A stretch of DNA of 63,151 nt, counting the filler, from Reclinomonas americana ATCC 50394 (lineage: Eukaryota): assembly GCA_048213135.1 (NCBI GenBank). It is 4 parts of 2 records of this genome, joined end to end, with 100 filler letters (N's around TTAATTAATTAA, not from the genome) between each part and the next. Parts side by side here need not be neighbours in the genome. Positions count along the whole stretch, not along the records: positions 31,462 to 56,397 come from PS015103.1; 3 more parts are not named here. One strand, given 5' to 3'. Shown here piece after piece: positions 41,001 to 54,350 of this stretch. The notes below the pieces were generated by a model. That model saw only the letters and a program-made list of their open reading frames with translations. It was not told the origin of the DNA and ran no database searches. Position 1 is the first letter of the stretch. Each line of letters opens with the position of its first letter. The position numbers and the translations under genes were made by a program.

Positions 41001-44000
41001 GATGCACTGCGGTGAAGGAGCAAATGAGTCCGCGCGCATCGTACTTTCCCTCTGCCATCATCATTCTTTGCTCACCGCACGCAAACCACCAGCTGTGCGT
41101 ACTGAGGCGGCTCTTGAGTTGTGCCGTCGAGGTTCGGTGTAATGGTGGTTACAGCGGTGACGCCAGCCGAGATCGACACGGTGGCCGGGCGCACCACACG
41201 CAAGTTTGTTACGTCACTGTCCAGCGTGTTGTTGGTGGCGGTGCACGGCGACGTGTTTGCTGCCGACCCCGTGGGAGGAAGACGAAGCACAATGTCGACT
41301 CCACTCAGCGGCATGGCGACACCCGACAGGGTGAGTGTCGAGGACGTGAGGTTGCTGACGGTGAGCGGAGAGATGCTGCCGAATGTCGACTCTGTTTGAA
41401 AACATAGTCAGCGAGCCACTACAGCAGGAGCTTCTGGTGCGAGAAGAACAACTCACCAGTGACTTGGATGCCGTTGCCCGCCACTGGGAGGAAAACGTCG
41501 GACCACTGGCTTGGGCTAGCGAGACATTTGTCAGGTTAGTCAGATGGGTCACGAACGTGCGCAAGTCGTTTGCATCACTCACTGCATACTCACCGAATGC
41601 AGAAAAAGTACCGGTTGCCAAGCATCGACGGTTGCGTAGTAATGGACACAGTGATGCGGGAGCTGTCCGTCGTGTCGACGGTCGGCGTGCCGAGTTGTAT
41701 CACCGAGGCAAACGTGCTCTTGTTTGCGCAGTCGTCAACGCTTGTCGCCGCCACCAGTTGCACGTCTAACAACGCCCAGCCAAAAGAAAAAACGGTGAGC
41801 AGGGAGTTGACAGCGGAGTCGAGAAGCAGTGACACCCACCTGCTGTCAACAGTGAGCCCGACAGTGTGAGAATGGAGGTGCCGAAGGGCGAGATCTGCGT
41901 TGGCTGGATTGACGACACAGATCCTGCACACAACACACACGTTAGCGTCACGACTTCTCCTCCTCATCTCATTTTTGTCACACCCCGCGTACCAGCACAG
42001 GCCGGTCCAAAGGTGCCATTGGTGCACACCGGCAGTGTCGAGAATGCAAGTGGTGCCGAGAGGCCCGACTTGCCGGCCGCAGTATCGGTGAAACGCACAC
42101 GCACATACAGCGGTGTGTTGGCAGTGAGCATGGTCTTGGAGGCGGTCACCGTCACCGACGATCCCGTCGTGCCCGCAAACGGGCCAGTCAAGGGGGGCGA
42201 CAATGGCAACACCTCGAACGCGCCTGCAAAGGTGCTGGAAGACGACAACTCAAAGGTGACCGACGTCAACGAATTCGGCTGCAGGTACACGGTGCTGGTG
42301 AAGACGATGCTTGTCGGTCGCACGTTCGACAAGGTGACAGTGGGCGCTGCGTGAGCATGCGAGTGAGACAACAACGCCGAGTGACGCAGTGATGAAGCCG
42401 CGAGCAATGTGATGACGTACCGACAGAGACGATCAATGTGAGCTCGTCAGTAGCGCCGGCGGCGTCTTGCGCTCGGATCGTGACAAAGAGGATCGGTTTG
42501 GCGACACCCACCTGCTCCAGCCACAGCTGATTTCCGTTCCGCAGGCTAAACGCGGCTGCGTCAGCGCCGCCGATAATGGTAAACGTCACCGCCTGACCCA
42601 CATCGGCGTCCACGTCGACTGCCGACACGGTGCCGATGCGAGTGGCGACCGTCGACGGCGGCGTGTACTCGGAGGGCGACAGGAGAATAGCAGAGGGTGG
42701 AGTGTTGGTGGCTGCGTAATGAAACGCAGATCAGAGAGGGCAAGGGGAAGTGAAAGGAGCACAAAACCTTACGAGATGAGAAACGCACCGGAAATGGTAA
42801 ACGTGACGTCGAGTGTTAGCAGTTGCTTATCGGCTACGCGAACAGTGACATTGAGGCGTGGCTTCGTGACATTTGCGCCCTCCAACCACAGCTCGTTCAT
42901 GTTGCGAATGCTGAAGGAGGCTCCGTCTCCGTCACCAGTCACAATCGAGTACGTGCCGACGTCACCTGGATCCGGATCGTTATTCGTCAGAGTGCCAATC
43001 TTGACCGGCCCTGTGGACGGGCGGTCGTACACGGCCGCCGAGATGAACATGGCGGTGGGCGGATCGTTCTGCTCCGGCGTGGTGAAAGTGACGGCGTCGC
43101 CACCGTAGACGGCCGTGTCGGGTGTGACCGTAATCGCCCGCACAATATACGTGGTCAATTGCACCAGATTTGTGGGTGTTGCAGTGGCACTGACGGTAGT
43201 TCCGGCACTCGCCACGGCGGGCGCTGGTACGACCAAGTTGGGCGCCATTTGCAAGCGGCGCACAACTTGCACGCCGTCAATGGTGTACTCTGCACGACTC
43301 GCGTTAAGAGAGAAGAACCCATCGAAGCAGCGGAGAGAGAATCTCCTCACCGGAAAAGTACATGTTGGCGTTGTCGGCAAACACTCCGCCGTACTGTATG
43401 TACATGGGAGAAACAGCAGGTGAGAAACAACAACTCACCTGCACAATTCAATACATTAACAAGCAGGCGTACCACCCAGTCAAACACGGCGTTGGCGATA
43501 GTGCCATCCTGTACGCCGTACACACCGATGCGGCCGGTGATGGTAGTCAGCTGATTCGTCCACAGATCAAAGGTGTGGATGCCAGCGTAGTAGTCCTGCG
43601 CGAGAGGCGTCAGCGACATTTTCGGGCACATAATGAGAAGTGACGAGCAGCCGTGCGCAACATCGACAATGTACAACACCGACTTGTCCGGTCGCAACAC
43701 GAGACCGACAGCGGAGCCCAGCAGACCGGCATTGTTGCTGCCACCAATCGTCAACTGCACTCCGCACGTACCGGCCAGTACTGTCGCCGAGTCGTCATAC
43801 ACGGGCAAACGCATGACGCACGTCGGTCGCGGACCACTGGACACATAGAGGATGCCGCTGGTGGTGTCGAGAGCCACTGCTTGAGGGTTGGTGAAGCGTG
43901 CGGCGACAGAGCACTGTCCCGCGGCGTAACCGGCGGTGCCACGTGCGCCGCACATGACTGTCACGTTGGTGCCGTCGGTGTTCAGCGACCTGCGAAAGCC

Positions 44001-47000
44001 GAGGTGAGCAAGTCTGCGCCACACACATGCATGCATACGCGCCCGTGTGCCACACTCACCGAACAGCATGCGCATTGGTGTCGGCCACGTATAGCACACC
44101 CGCACCCTTGTCCACGGCAATACCGCGCGGCGCTGAAAATGCTGGCTGCGCACTGTCGTCGGCGCCAACTGTCCACGCCGTTCCCGTGCCGGCCACTGTT
44201 GTCGTCTGCTGCGTACTCAAATCGATGCGTCGAACGCAGTGTGCCTGTCTCATGATACTAGCGAGTGAGCTTCATAATCCACTTTTTGCTACCACAGAAT
44301 GTTACGAATTCACCTGCGTCACATAGAGGTAGCTCGCGCCGGCAGATTGCTCCGCGATAGCAACATCATATGGTCTGCGACCACACACGGGGATGGTGAG
44401 ACAAATAATCACAAGAGCCAGCGCAAACTCACACAAACACGCAACTGGTTGAATCGCGCGGTGGTGGCATCGCCGTCGACGAGTCCCGCCTGTCCGGTGG
44501 TGGAGCCAGCAAAGTGCTGCACGGAGCCAGTGGCGGCAATGATCTTGCGCACACGGTGGGAACTGTGGCGAGAATAGGTGAGCGCACTGCACAGAGAGAC
44601 TGAAGGAGGAGACAGGCGTCCACGCACCCCAGCTCGACAACATACAAGTTGCCGTTCTTGTCGGCGGTGATGCCCTGCAGAGGAGAAGAATGTCAGTGAT
44701 GCGCTCGACAAACACACACTGCCGACACCACGAGCCACGCAACTCGAGGCACATTGAGCTGCGCATTCGTCTTGATGCCATCGACCAGGCCAGCATTGCC
44801 GCCCACAAACGTATTCACAGACGCCGAAAACGGGTTCGAAGCACTCGCGAGTGCCAGCTGGAAGTAGTTTGCCGAATCCGCGCTCGCCGTGTTGGCAACT
44901 TGTGCAGTGAGTGTGGCCTTGAAGTAGCGGATGTCGGTCACCGACGTGACACTGACGGTGGCGGCCAGAGGCGCGGCGAGGGTGGTCAGCGTCTTGGTCG
45001 ACGCCACGTCCATGATCATGTCGGAGGAGATGGTGGCAGCGCGGAACGTGTACGTGCTTGAAGGACGCAGAGCGCTAACAGGCGCCGATACCATGGAAGT
45101 GACACCGGGGGCGGTGGTGGCCGGCGTCGTCTGCACGCGGTTCGGCAACAGACTGGCGCGCTTGACGACGTGCTGGTTGTTGGTCAACGCAAACTCTGCG
45201 CATCGCGGTAGCGAGTGAGTTAGAGACAAAGAGAGATGGCTGGCCTGGCTTTTTTCGATGCTCACCAGAAATGTACAGCGTAGTCAGCTCAGTGAACACG
45301 CCGCCGTACTGTTGTTGCGCAAGAATGCCATGAGGCGGAGGCACGAAGCATCAAAATGTGATTCACGACACGACAAACCACGACATTCAGTTTGGCACCG
45401 GGGAAGAACGGGTTGGCAGTGGCCGCCAGTTCGCCAACAAATGTGCTCACCAGCCGGCCAGTGAGATCAATCATGCGGATGCCGGGGTAACCAACCTGCG
45501 CGAAGTGAATGGTGAGCAACACAAGACAGAGACATACCACATCGCGACTCTGTGCACGCAACATCGACAGCGTACAGCATGTCGGTAGACACAGTGTTGA
45601 ACAGCAGGCTGGACACCTGGCCAAAGGTGGCAACGGCAAAGTCGCCATTATCAGTTCCGGCCGCGGCACATGTGCCGACGAGGAGCGAGCTGGTTCCAGC
45701 AGCCAGGTCGACTCGCACGATGCACGTGTTGGGATTGCCGCTGCTGACGTAGAGCAGGCGCCTGGTCGCATCCAGTTTGAGGCTGACGGGCGAAGTGAAC
45801 GACGCCGTGGTCGCGCAGTCTCCCACGGCGGTACCGGCAGAGCCGCGCTGCCCGCATGCCACGGCAACATTGGAGCCATCCGTGCCCAATTTCCTGTGAG
45901 GAAAAAAAACATCTGTAAGACACCACACAAGAAGCAACCAACGTTGCAGAACTCTTCCTTCCTCACCTCACAACGTGCGCCGCCGAGTCCGCCACATAGA
46001 GAACACCGGCAGCACGATCCACGTCAATGGTTCGCGGGGTGCTGAAACGCGGGAACGCACTGTCGTCGTCGTCGGCCCACGTCGTACCATCGCCGGCCAC
46101 GGTAGTCGTCATTTGGTCCGCCACTCCGACACGACGAACCGAATGCGACTGCAACGAGATGGCAGCGCGTCAGCGACATGCGCTACAGCGGAAACAGGGA
46201 TGACAATGGCACGTAACTTGCGTGACGTAGAGATAGGACGGTCCATTTCCAGTCGCAGGCTCCTCAATGGCGATACCAAATGGACTGCAGTACGAGGATA
46301 CCGAGTTTAGCAGTCGGATTACAGTCACACGTGCGAGTGGATAGACGCAACGAAGTGAAGCGCGCAGTGGTTGCATCGCCGTTGGCGTTTCCGGCAACGC
46401 CAGACGGTGAGCCGGCGAAATGCGTTACCGCACCCGTCGTCGTGTTGACCTTGCGCACGCGATGTGTGCTGAAACGCATTATGAGACACACCATGTAGAC
46501 AAATAGTACTTCAAGAAACAGTGCAGTCACTCACCCATTTTCAACAACATACAGATTGCCTTTCTTGTCCGCGGCAATGCACTGTAGTACAAACGCAAAT
46601 GCGGTAAGTAGACTGTGGACGGCCTGTCACTTATTCAACAAAGCGCGACGCAACTCGAGGCTGTGAAAACTGCGCCGTGCGCTTGATGCCATCTTTCAGG
46701 CCTTGCGCACCGCCTGCATACACTTCGACGGTGGGTGCCAGCGNNNNNNNNNNNNNNNNNNNNACGCCGCGTCGCGACCAAATTGGAGCCAGTTGGCCGC
46801 CGTCAGCAGGCCGTCGACAGACACGCGCACAGTGCCGTTGATGGTCGCCGAGGTGGTCGTAATCCCACTGGCGTTGTTCGTGGCAGCGTTCAGAACCTTA
46901 TCGGTGGTGAAGGTGACGGTGGAGCCGCTAACGAGGGCGCGCTTGGAGATGGCGGCGGCGCGGTACTTGTACGAGGTGGAAGGTTTCATGGCCGACACAC

Positions 47001-49159
47001 TGGCCGACAGTTGCGCAGTGGTGCTGGCGGCCGTGGTGGCCGGCGTGGCCGCGATGCGGTTGGGGAGGAGGTCGACGAGGCGGACGAGATGCAGGTCCTG
47101 CTCGAAGGAGAAGTCTGCGGGAACACAGGGAAAGGGGTGGTGAGGAGGGGGCAAGAGGGGAAGAGAGAAGGGGGAAGAGAGAAAGGGGAAGAGAGAAAGG
47201 GGAAGAGAGAAAGGGGAAGAGAAAAGGAAGAGAAAGGGAAGAGAAAGGGAAGAGAAAGGGGGAGAAAGGGGAGAAAAAGGGGAGAAAGGGGAGTAAGGGG
47301 GAGAATGGGGAAGGAAAGGGGGAAGAAACGGGAAAGAAAGGACAATGCAGCAGGAGAATAAGAGGTCAAGTGAGAAAGAATAAGAGGCATGACAGGAGCC
47401 GAGAATCACGAGATCACACAGACATCAAACTAGGTGACTCACCCGTCACATACAGCGTTGCGCCATCGGTGAATGTGGCTCCACCCTGTTCGACGCGTTA
47501 AAACAACAAGTGGCGATAGAGCAGCTCGGTCAATCCACATGCTCACCAGAGTGCGGAAGAGAGCAATCGCAGATCCACTCTGAATGCCAGACTGGCCGGC
47601 TTGCCCGATCACCGTGCTGACGAGGGAGGTGGCAAATTGAAACACGCGAATGCCCGCGTAGCCAGGCTGCAGGCAACAACAAGAGTATAGTGGAGATGAG
47701 AACAACGGCACCCAATGAGCGTCTCCACAAGAACGCAACATCCAGAATGTAGAGTGCATCGCTGCTGGGCGAGAGCAAAAGAGTGGAAATGGAGAAGAAG
47801 CGGGCGACTGTCGTGTTGCCGTCTGTGTATCCAGTGGACTCGAGTACTCCGGTGACCAGCGACAAGGTGCGAGTCTGCAAATCAACGCGCAATACGGCCG
47901 ACCCGAGACCACTCGAAGTGTACAAGGCCTTGCCGGCTACATCCAGCGCAATACCGCCAGGGAAGCGAAAGCGGGCCACGCTGGTGCAGTCGCCGGTGGT
48001 CAAGTCGTCAACAAACCGCTTGCCGCAGTACACGGTGAGCGCAGAGCCATCGGTTTTCATGTACCTGCACGAGCGAAAACGGTGAGACCCATTTTCCGCA
48101 CTCACTCGCATCTACCACACGTGCGACTCACATAATAGTCTGCGCATAGCGATCAACCATGTATACAGCATCGCCAGCCCCGTCTACGGCAATGTCATTG
48201 AGATAGATGAATGGCGACGAAGTGCCGTCATCGTTTGGCGTCCACGAGCTGTTGCCGTCGGCCACCGTAAAGGTGGTCGCAGAGTCCAGTTGAATGCGAC
48301 GAACGGACGTATTCTGCACCGAGTGAGGATGAGGGAAACAAACAGAGGCGAAATGCATTGCGTTCGTCGAGTGTGCAACGCAACATCGGCCACATAGAGG
48401 ACACCGGGTCCGACCGCCGTCTCGTCAATGGCGACACTAGTTGGACTGTGCATTTTCACGAGAGTACAAGAGTTGAGTGACGGAGTGCGAGGCGTTGATG
48501 CGCACGGTCACTCGACGACGCAACGATTCAAACTGAGCCGTCAGCGGATCGCCGTCTGTCGCTGTACCACATGTCGTGCCCGTAAGCGTCGATACAGTGC
48601 CGGTGGAGGTGGAGACGACACGAATGCGACAGCCGCTGTTGGTATGTGCACAGTGAGAGGGGGCGCAGAGGACTCAACACCAAACACCAAACAAGTGGCA
48701 CGCAACTAGAGCTCCGTCACGTATAGATTGCCACTCTTGTCGGTGACAATGCCCTGTGCCGTTGCTCCACAGGTCAGCAATCTTGCAACAACAGCGGCGA
48801 GGAGACTGGAGCAAGCGACGCAACAGTAGGCGCAAAGAACTGCGCATTCTGCCGAGACCCGTCGACACCATTAGACGCCGCCTGCGATCCGGCATAGGTG
48901 GAGACCGCCGGCGAGAAATCGGCAGTCGAGGCGCCAAACTGGAAGTAGTTGGTGAACGGTAGGGAAGAGTCGCCGTTCACAATGGTGCCTTGCAGCGTGG
49001 CAGTGGACGTGGCCACATCCATGGCCGCGGCAGTGGTGGCCGACGATGCCGCAGCGAGGCAGGAGGTGACTGTCGGAGGGAGAGGGGGAGTGAGATGGAC
49101 GGAGAAGTATGGCAAGGAAGCGAGATATCGAATGTGGTGGGTCTGACGGACTCGGACAA

Positions 49160-49216
<57 letters not shown>

Positions 49217-49973
49217 CGAAGATCGAGAGTATCCATCGGAAATACGAGGAGAGAACGGATAAGAGACACATGTGATGACTGACAGACTCGAGGAAGCTCA
49301 GAAAGAGAGAGAGAGCGAGAGAGAGAGGGAGAGAGAAGAGAGAGAAGAGAGAAGGAGGTCGCACAAGATCATCTTGACTTCCAGAGTGATTGAAAACAGA
49401 GTAAACTGAGAAGAAGAGCGCACAAGACAGTGTTTGACTCGGAAAAGCACACACAGAGAGAGAGAGAGCGAGCGAGAGATCATGCCTTGCATGAGAAGCC
49501 GACATGAATATCACAAACAGCGCACTGTCTTCAGCATCCACTCTCTCTCTCTCACACACACACACATATACATACACAGAGAGCACATGTGCGCGGAGTA
49601 CAAAGAACAAGCACACAAAGAGCGAGAGAGAGCAAGCGTCACTCAAAAAAAATCACGGAAGATCATCGGGAGATACTGCACCAAGAGAGAGAGCGCGCGA
49701 AAGAGAAAGAGAGATGACCACAGCAGACACGCACACACACACAACACACACAAACACGCACTAGCACACTGGCGACCCCCATCGCATATGCATGATTCGG
49801 TTCGCACATACGCACACACACGCGCGGCTCTCTCCCAAGATAACACTCACTCAGCGACACACACACACACACTCACTCACACACGCACCATTCAATAACA
49901 ACAACACCAACAACGTCGCCACCACCATCGCAACAACAGAAGACATGGCCGAACGAGAGCGACGACTACGCAT
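38038..49973 (-). CDS. Giant type-I membrane surface protein: signal peptide, 3x (FN3-like domain with inserted NHL beta-propeller), 2 cadherin-like domains, FN3/IPT-like domains, TM helix, acidic cytoplasmic tail; ~39 exons
   Basis: Exon 1 at 49889-49973 (MRSRRSRSAMSSVVAMVVATLLVLLLLN). NHL blades such as ARF..P.GIA.D..G.LYV.D. Cadherin-like NDPPTAM...IGTLTNNDPDPGDVGTYSIV (~42790-43075) and TNTPPSAI...AVDVDADVGQAVTFTI (~42420-42710). TM LPLIIGLSVGLGLFLLLLLLLLLLLLARRRRR (~39675-39770). All junctions are frame-consistent. Confidence 0.8.
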
Positions 49974-51113
49974 TTCTCCCCTTGCAGTCTCCAAATTATT
50001 GCGAGCAGTTTTCAAAGCAACCGGACAGCTTTGTTTTTTTTTTTTTTGTTTAATGCATCGTTGCCAAAGTCACCAAAAGAGAGAACGAAATCCACCACGC
50101 GAGGCGGCAGCGAGAGAGAGAGAGAAAAACACAAACAGCAATCAGAAGACGGAGAGACCAGCAAACGGCGCAGTTGTTGGGAAAAACNNNNNNNNNNNNN
50201 NNNNNNNNNNNNNNNNNNNNNNNNNNNNNNNNNNNNNNNNNNNNNNNNNNNNNNNNNNNNNNNNNNNNNNNNNNNNNNNNNNNNNNNNNNNNNNNNNNNN
50301 NNNNNNNNNNNNNNNNNNNNNNNNNNNNNNNNNNNNNNNNNNNNNNNNNNNNNNNNNNNNNNNNNNNNNNNNNNNNNNNNNNNNNNNNNNNNNNNNNNNN
50401 NNNNNNNNNNNNNNNNNNNNNNNNNNNNNNNNNNNNNNNNNNNNNNNNNNNNNNNNNNNNNNNNNNNNNNNNNNNNNNNNNNNNNNNNNNNNNNNNNNNN
50501 NNNNNNNNNNNNNNNNNNNNNNNNNNNNNNNNNNNNNNNNNNNNNNNNNNNNNNNNNNNNNNNNNNNNNNNNNNNNNNNNNNNNNNNNNNNNNNNNNNNN
50601 NNNNNNNNNNNNNNNNNNNNNNNNNNNNNNNNNNNNNNNNNNNNNNNNNNNNNNNNNNNNNNNNNNNNNNNNNNNNNNNNNNNNNNNNNNNNNNNNNNNN
50701 NNNNNNNNNNNNNNNNNNNNNNNNNNNNNNNNNNNNNNNNNNNNNNNNNNNNNNNNNNNNNNNNNNNNNNNNNNNNNNNNNNNNNNNNNNNNNNNNNNNN
50801 NNNNNNNNNNNNNNNNNNNNNNNNNNNNNNNNNNNNNNNNNNNNNNNNNNNNNNNNNNNNNNNNNNNNNNNNNNNNNNNNNNNNNNNNNNNNNNNNNNNN
50901 NNNNNNNNNNNNNNNNNNNNNNNNNNNNNNNNNNNNNNNNNNNNNNNNNNNNNNNNNNNNNNNNNNNNNNNNNNNNNNNNNNNNNNNNNNNNNNNNNNNN
51001 NNNNNNNNNNNNNNNNNNNNNNNNNNNNNNNNNNNNNNNNNNNNNNNNNNNNNNNNNNNNNNNNNNNNNNNNNNNGCGCTCACACGTACATGCACTCGTT
51101 GTGTTCTGTGTAG

Positions 51114-52296
51114 CGCGCCATTGCTCCGTTCCTGACGGGCCGCGATCTGATCGCGCAAGCTCAATCGGGAACTGGCAAGACTGCTACGTTTGCTCTGGGT
51201 GTGCTGGAGCGACTGAACATTGCCGACAAGTCGTGCCAGGCGCTGATTCTGGCGCCGACGCGTGAGCTGGCCGGCCAGATCCAGAAGGTCGTGCTGGCGC
51301 TCGGCGACTACTTGGGCGTGACGGTGCACGCGTGCATTGGTGGCACCAAGGTGCAGGACGACGTGAGCATGCTGGAGCACGGCGTGCACGTCGTCGTCGG
51401 CACCCCCGGTCGTGTGTACGACATGATCAACCGCCGTGCGCTCGACACGCGCTCGATCAAGATGTTTGTCCTCGACGAGGCCGACGAAATGCTCTCGCGT
51501 GGATTCAAGGACCAGGTGAGATGATCGGAGGAGGATAGGGGAATGACCCTGCTGTCGACCCACCCTTTTCTTCTCCTTCTCAGATCTATGACATTTTCCG
51601 CTTCCTCCCGTCCGACACCCAAGTCGGCCTCTTCTCGGCCACCATGCCGACGGAGGTGCTGGAGATCACCGAGAAGTTCATGCGCGACCCGATCCGCATT
51701 CTGGTCAAGAAGGAGGTGCTGACCCTCGAGGGTATCAAGCAGTTCTACGTCGCCGTCGACAAGGAGGAGTACAAGCTCGACACCCTGTGCGATCTGTACG
51801 ACACCCTGTCCATCACCCAGGCCGTCATTTTCTGCAACACCCGCCGCAAGGTCGACTGGTTGACCCACAAGATGCGCGAGCGTGACTTTACCGTGTCGGC
51901 CATGGTGAGTGTGATTTGGGGGGAGCGGAAAATAATAGGGTCCCTCTGTGCTAATTGCGTCTCCCCCTACCCTTCGCACAGCACGGCGACATGGAGCACC
52001 AGGAGCGCGAGGTCATCATGAAGGAGTTCCGCTCGGGCTCCTCTCGTGTGCTGATCACGACCGACTTGCTTGCGCGCGGCATTGACGTGCAGCAGGTGTC
52101 GCTTGTGATCAACTACGACATGCCGTCGACCCGCGAGCAGTACATTCACCGCATTGGTCGCTCTGGTCGCTTTGGTCGCAAGGGAGTGGCCATCAACTTC
52201 ATCACGTCGCAGGATGCGCACACCAAGGCCGAGCTCGAGGAGTTCTACAACACGTCGATTGAGGAGCTCCCGGTCAATGTCGCCGAGCTGCTCTAA
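51114..52296 (+). CDS. EIF4A: Translation initiation factor eIF4A (DEAD-box helicase), 3' portion (3 exons)
   Basis: [32 protein letters not shown] and [18 protein letters not shown]. The exon starts after tgtgtag at 51114 with RAIAPFL. Stop at 52294-52296. Confidence 0.95.
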
Positions 52297-52455
52297 TCCC
52301 CTCTCTCTCTTCATCTCTCTGTCTTCCCTCTCTCTCTCTGTGTAACGCTACCGAGTAACATGTTTGCGCACGCGCATTCTGGCGCAGTTNNNNNNNNNNN
52401 NNNNNNNNNTGAGCTTGACAGAGCAGCACAGTCTCTCTCTCCACAACAGAAGCAC

Positions 52456-52939
52456 CTGCTGAATGGCAGACGGCTTCTCGAAACCATACGCGTACACACC
52501 ACGCAGGAGATCCTTGCGCAGGTTCAGCTCATCAAAAGTCTCCACGACCTCATCCCAGTTCGACGTCACAGTGGTACCGGCGCCTGTGTGTGCAGAAGGA
52601 GAGTGAGCGCGACATGCTCAACTGGCGAATACAGATTCGCCACAATCACACAAAGGAGACACATGCGCACGCGCGCTCTCTCTCTCTAACACACACACGC
52701 GCGCGATACACACACACGCACACACAGAGACAGAGAAGGGAACAGATGTGCGCGTATTTGTAGGAGTTGACCAGCACCACTCACCAGACTCTCCAGTGTA
52801 TTCAGTGCTGCTTCTGGACGATTCGAGAAACACACACACACGCACAACAATGAGCGTCACCAGAAGAAGAAGGAGGGGGAGGGCGCGCGTGTGCGTGTGT
52901 GCATGCGCATCATGGCCCAAAAACAAACCCTTCCGCCAT
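52456..52939 (-). CDS. EIF4A: eIF4A 5' portion (3 exons: 52929-52939, 52785-52807, 52456-52583), opposite orientation to the 3' portion
   Basis: [54 protein letters not shown] (Q motif) ends at a phase-0 donor and joins exactly to RAI... at 51114. Confidence 0.9.
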
Positions 52940-53266
52940 GTTTTCGTTCTCGTTCTTTTGTTTTTTTTTAGAGTTCAAGTAGGTTTACCCGGTGAATGGG
53001 GTATTTGGTGCTGTTGGCAACAGTGGGGGTAGCAGGGGATGTTGGCTTGCGAGAGCGCAAGTGATAACTAAGGGGACAACGGACGTCGACCATCCTTTTT
53101 TCATTGCCAACCAAACAAATGCACGCGCACCGGTGGCCAGAGGAGAAGAAGGGTACGCAGTACCTCCCACAAGCTGCGGCACACCGCTACCTCAAGTTGT
53201 CTGGTCGAAGTCGACGTTGACACTTTTGTCTCAAGGCAAACCCCACCTTGCAATTTCGATTCCGCG

Positions 53267-54316
53267 ATGAGCGAGGCACGAAGCCTCTTTCAAGAAGCTC
53301 TGCAACTTGCGCAAGCCGGCGACCACTCGACCGCCGCCGACCTCTTCTCCGAGTGCGTGCGCGAGTTCACACACCTGCACGGCCCCGACGACACCAAGTG
53401 GACACTGGCGGCCGCACAATGGCGTGCAGTGTGTCTCGACAAGCTGGGAGAGCACGACGAGGCACTGGAGATCTACGAGGACACCCTGCAACGACTGCGC
53501 CGTCTTCTGGGCGACGAGCATCGACTGACGCTGCGCGTGGCCAGTGAGATGGGCAACACGTTGCGCGAGTGTGGTCGACTGGACGAGGCCTTGGCGCTGC
53601 TGCTGGATACCATGGAGCGGCAGGAGCGCCTGTTGCCCAAGGATGATAGCAACACGTTGGCGACGATTCATGCGCTGGTAAGGGCGCTCGCGGATTGTGA
53701 GAATCACGATGAGGCGGTGTGCATGTGTCGGGATCTGGTGGCGCGACGACGACGCACGCTCGGCAAGGACAATGAGCAGACGCTGAAGAGTTGCTACTTG
53801 CTGGCGTTTGCGCTGACGGGCTTGGATGGTGTCGAGCACCTGCGAGAAGCCGTGGCGCTGTTTCAGGACACGATGCAGCGGCAGCGGCGTGTGTTGGGAG
53901 CGGATCACGAGGATACGACGACTACCGCGGCCATGTACGAGGTGTACTACTCGGCGTTGATCAGCATTCCCGGAGAGCGTGAACGGATTGAGCAGGCGCT
54001 GCCGCCACCGCCACCTCCGNNNNNNNNNNNNNNNNNNNNNNNNNNNNNNNNNNNNNNNNNNNNNNNNNNNNNNNNNNNNNNNNNNNNNNNNNNNNNNNNN
54101 NNNNNNNNNNNNNNNNNNNNNNNNNNNNNNNNNNNNNNNNNNNNNNNNNNNNNNNNNAGCGGCAACAGCAACAGCAGCTGGAGGAGGAGCGGCAGCGGAC
54201 ACGCGAGTGGGAGGAGCGCACACACGAATACGAGAGGAATGCAACTCAAGTTCGACAGCAGCTGGAGGCGGCACAACGCGAGTTGGCAGAACATCGTGCA
54301 AAGATGAGCGAGTGGC

Positions 54317-54350
<34 letters not shown>

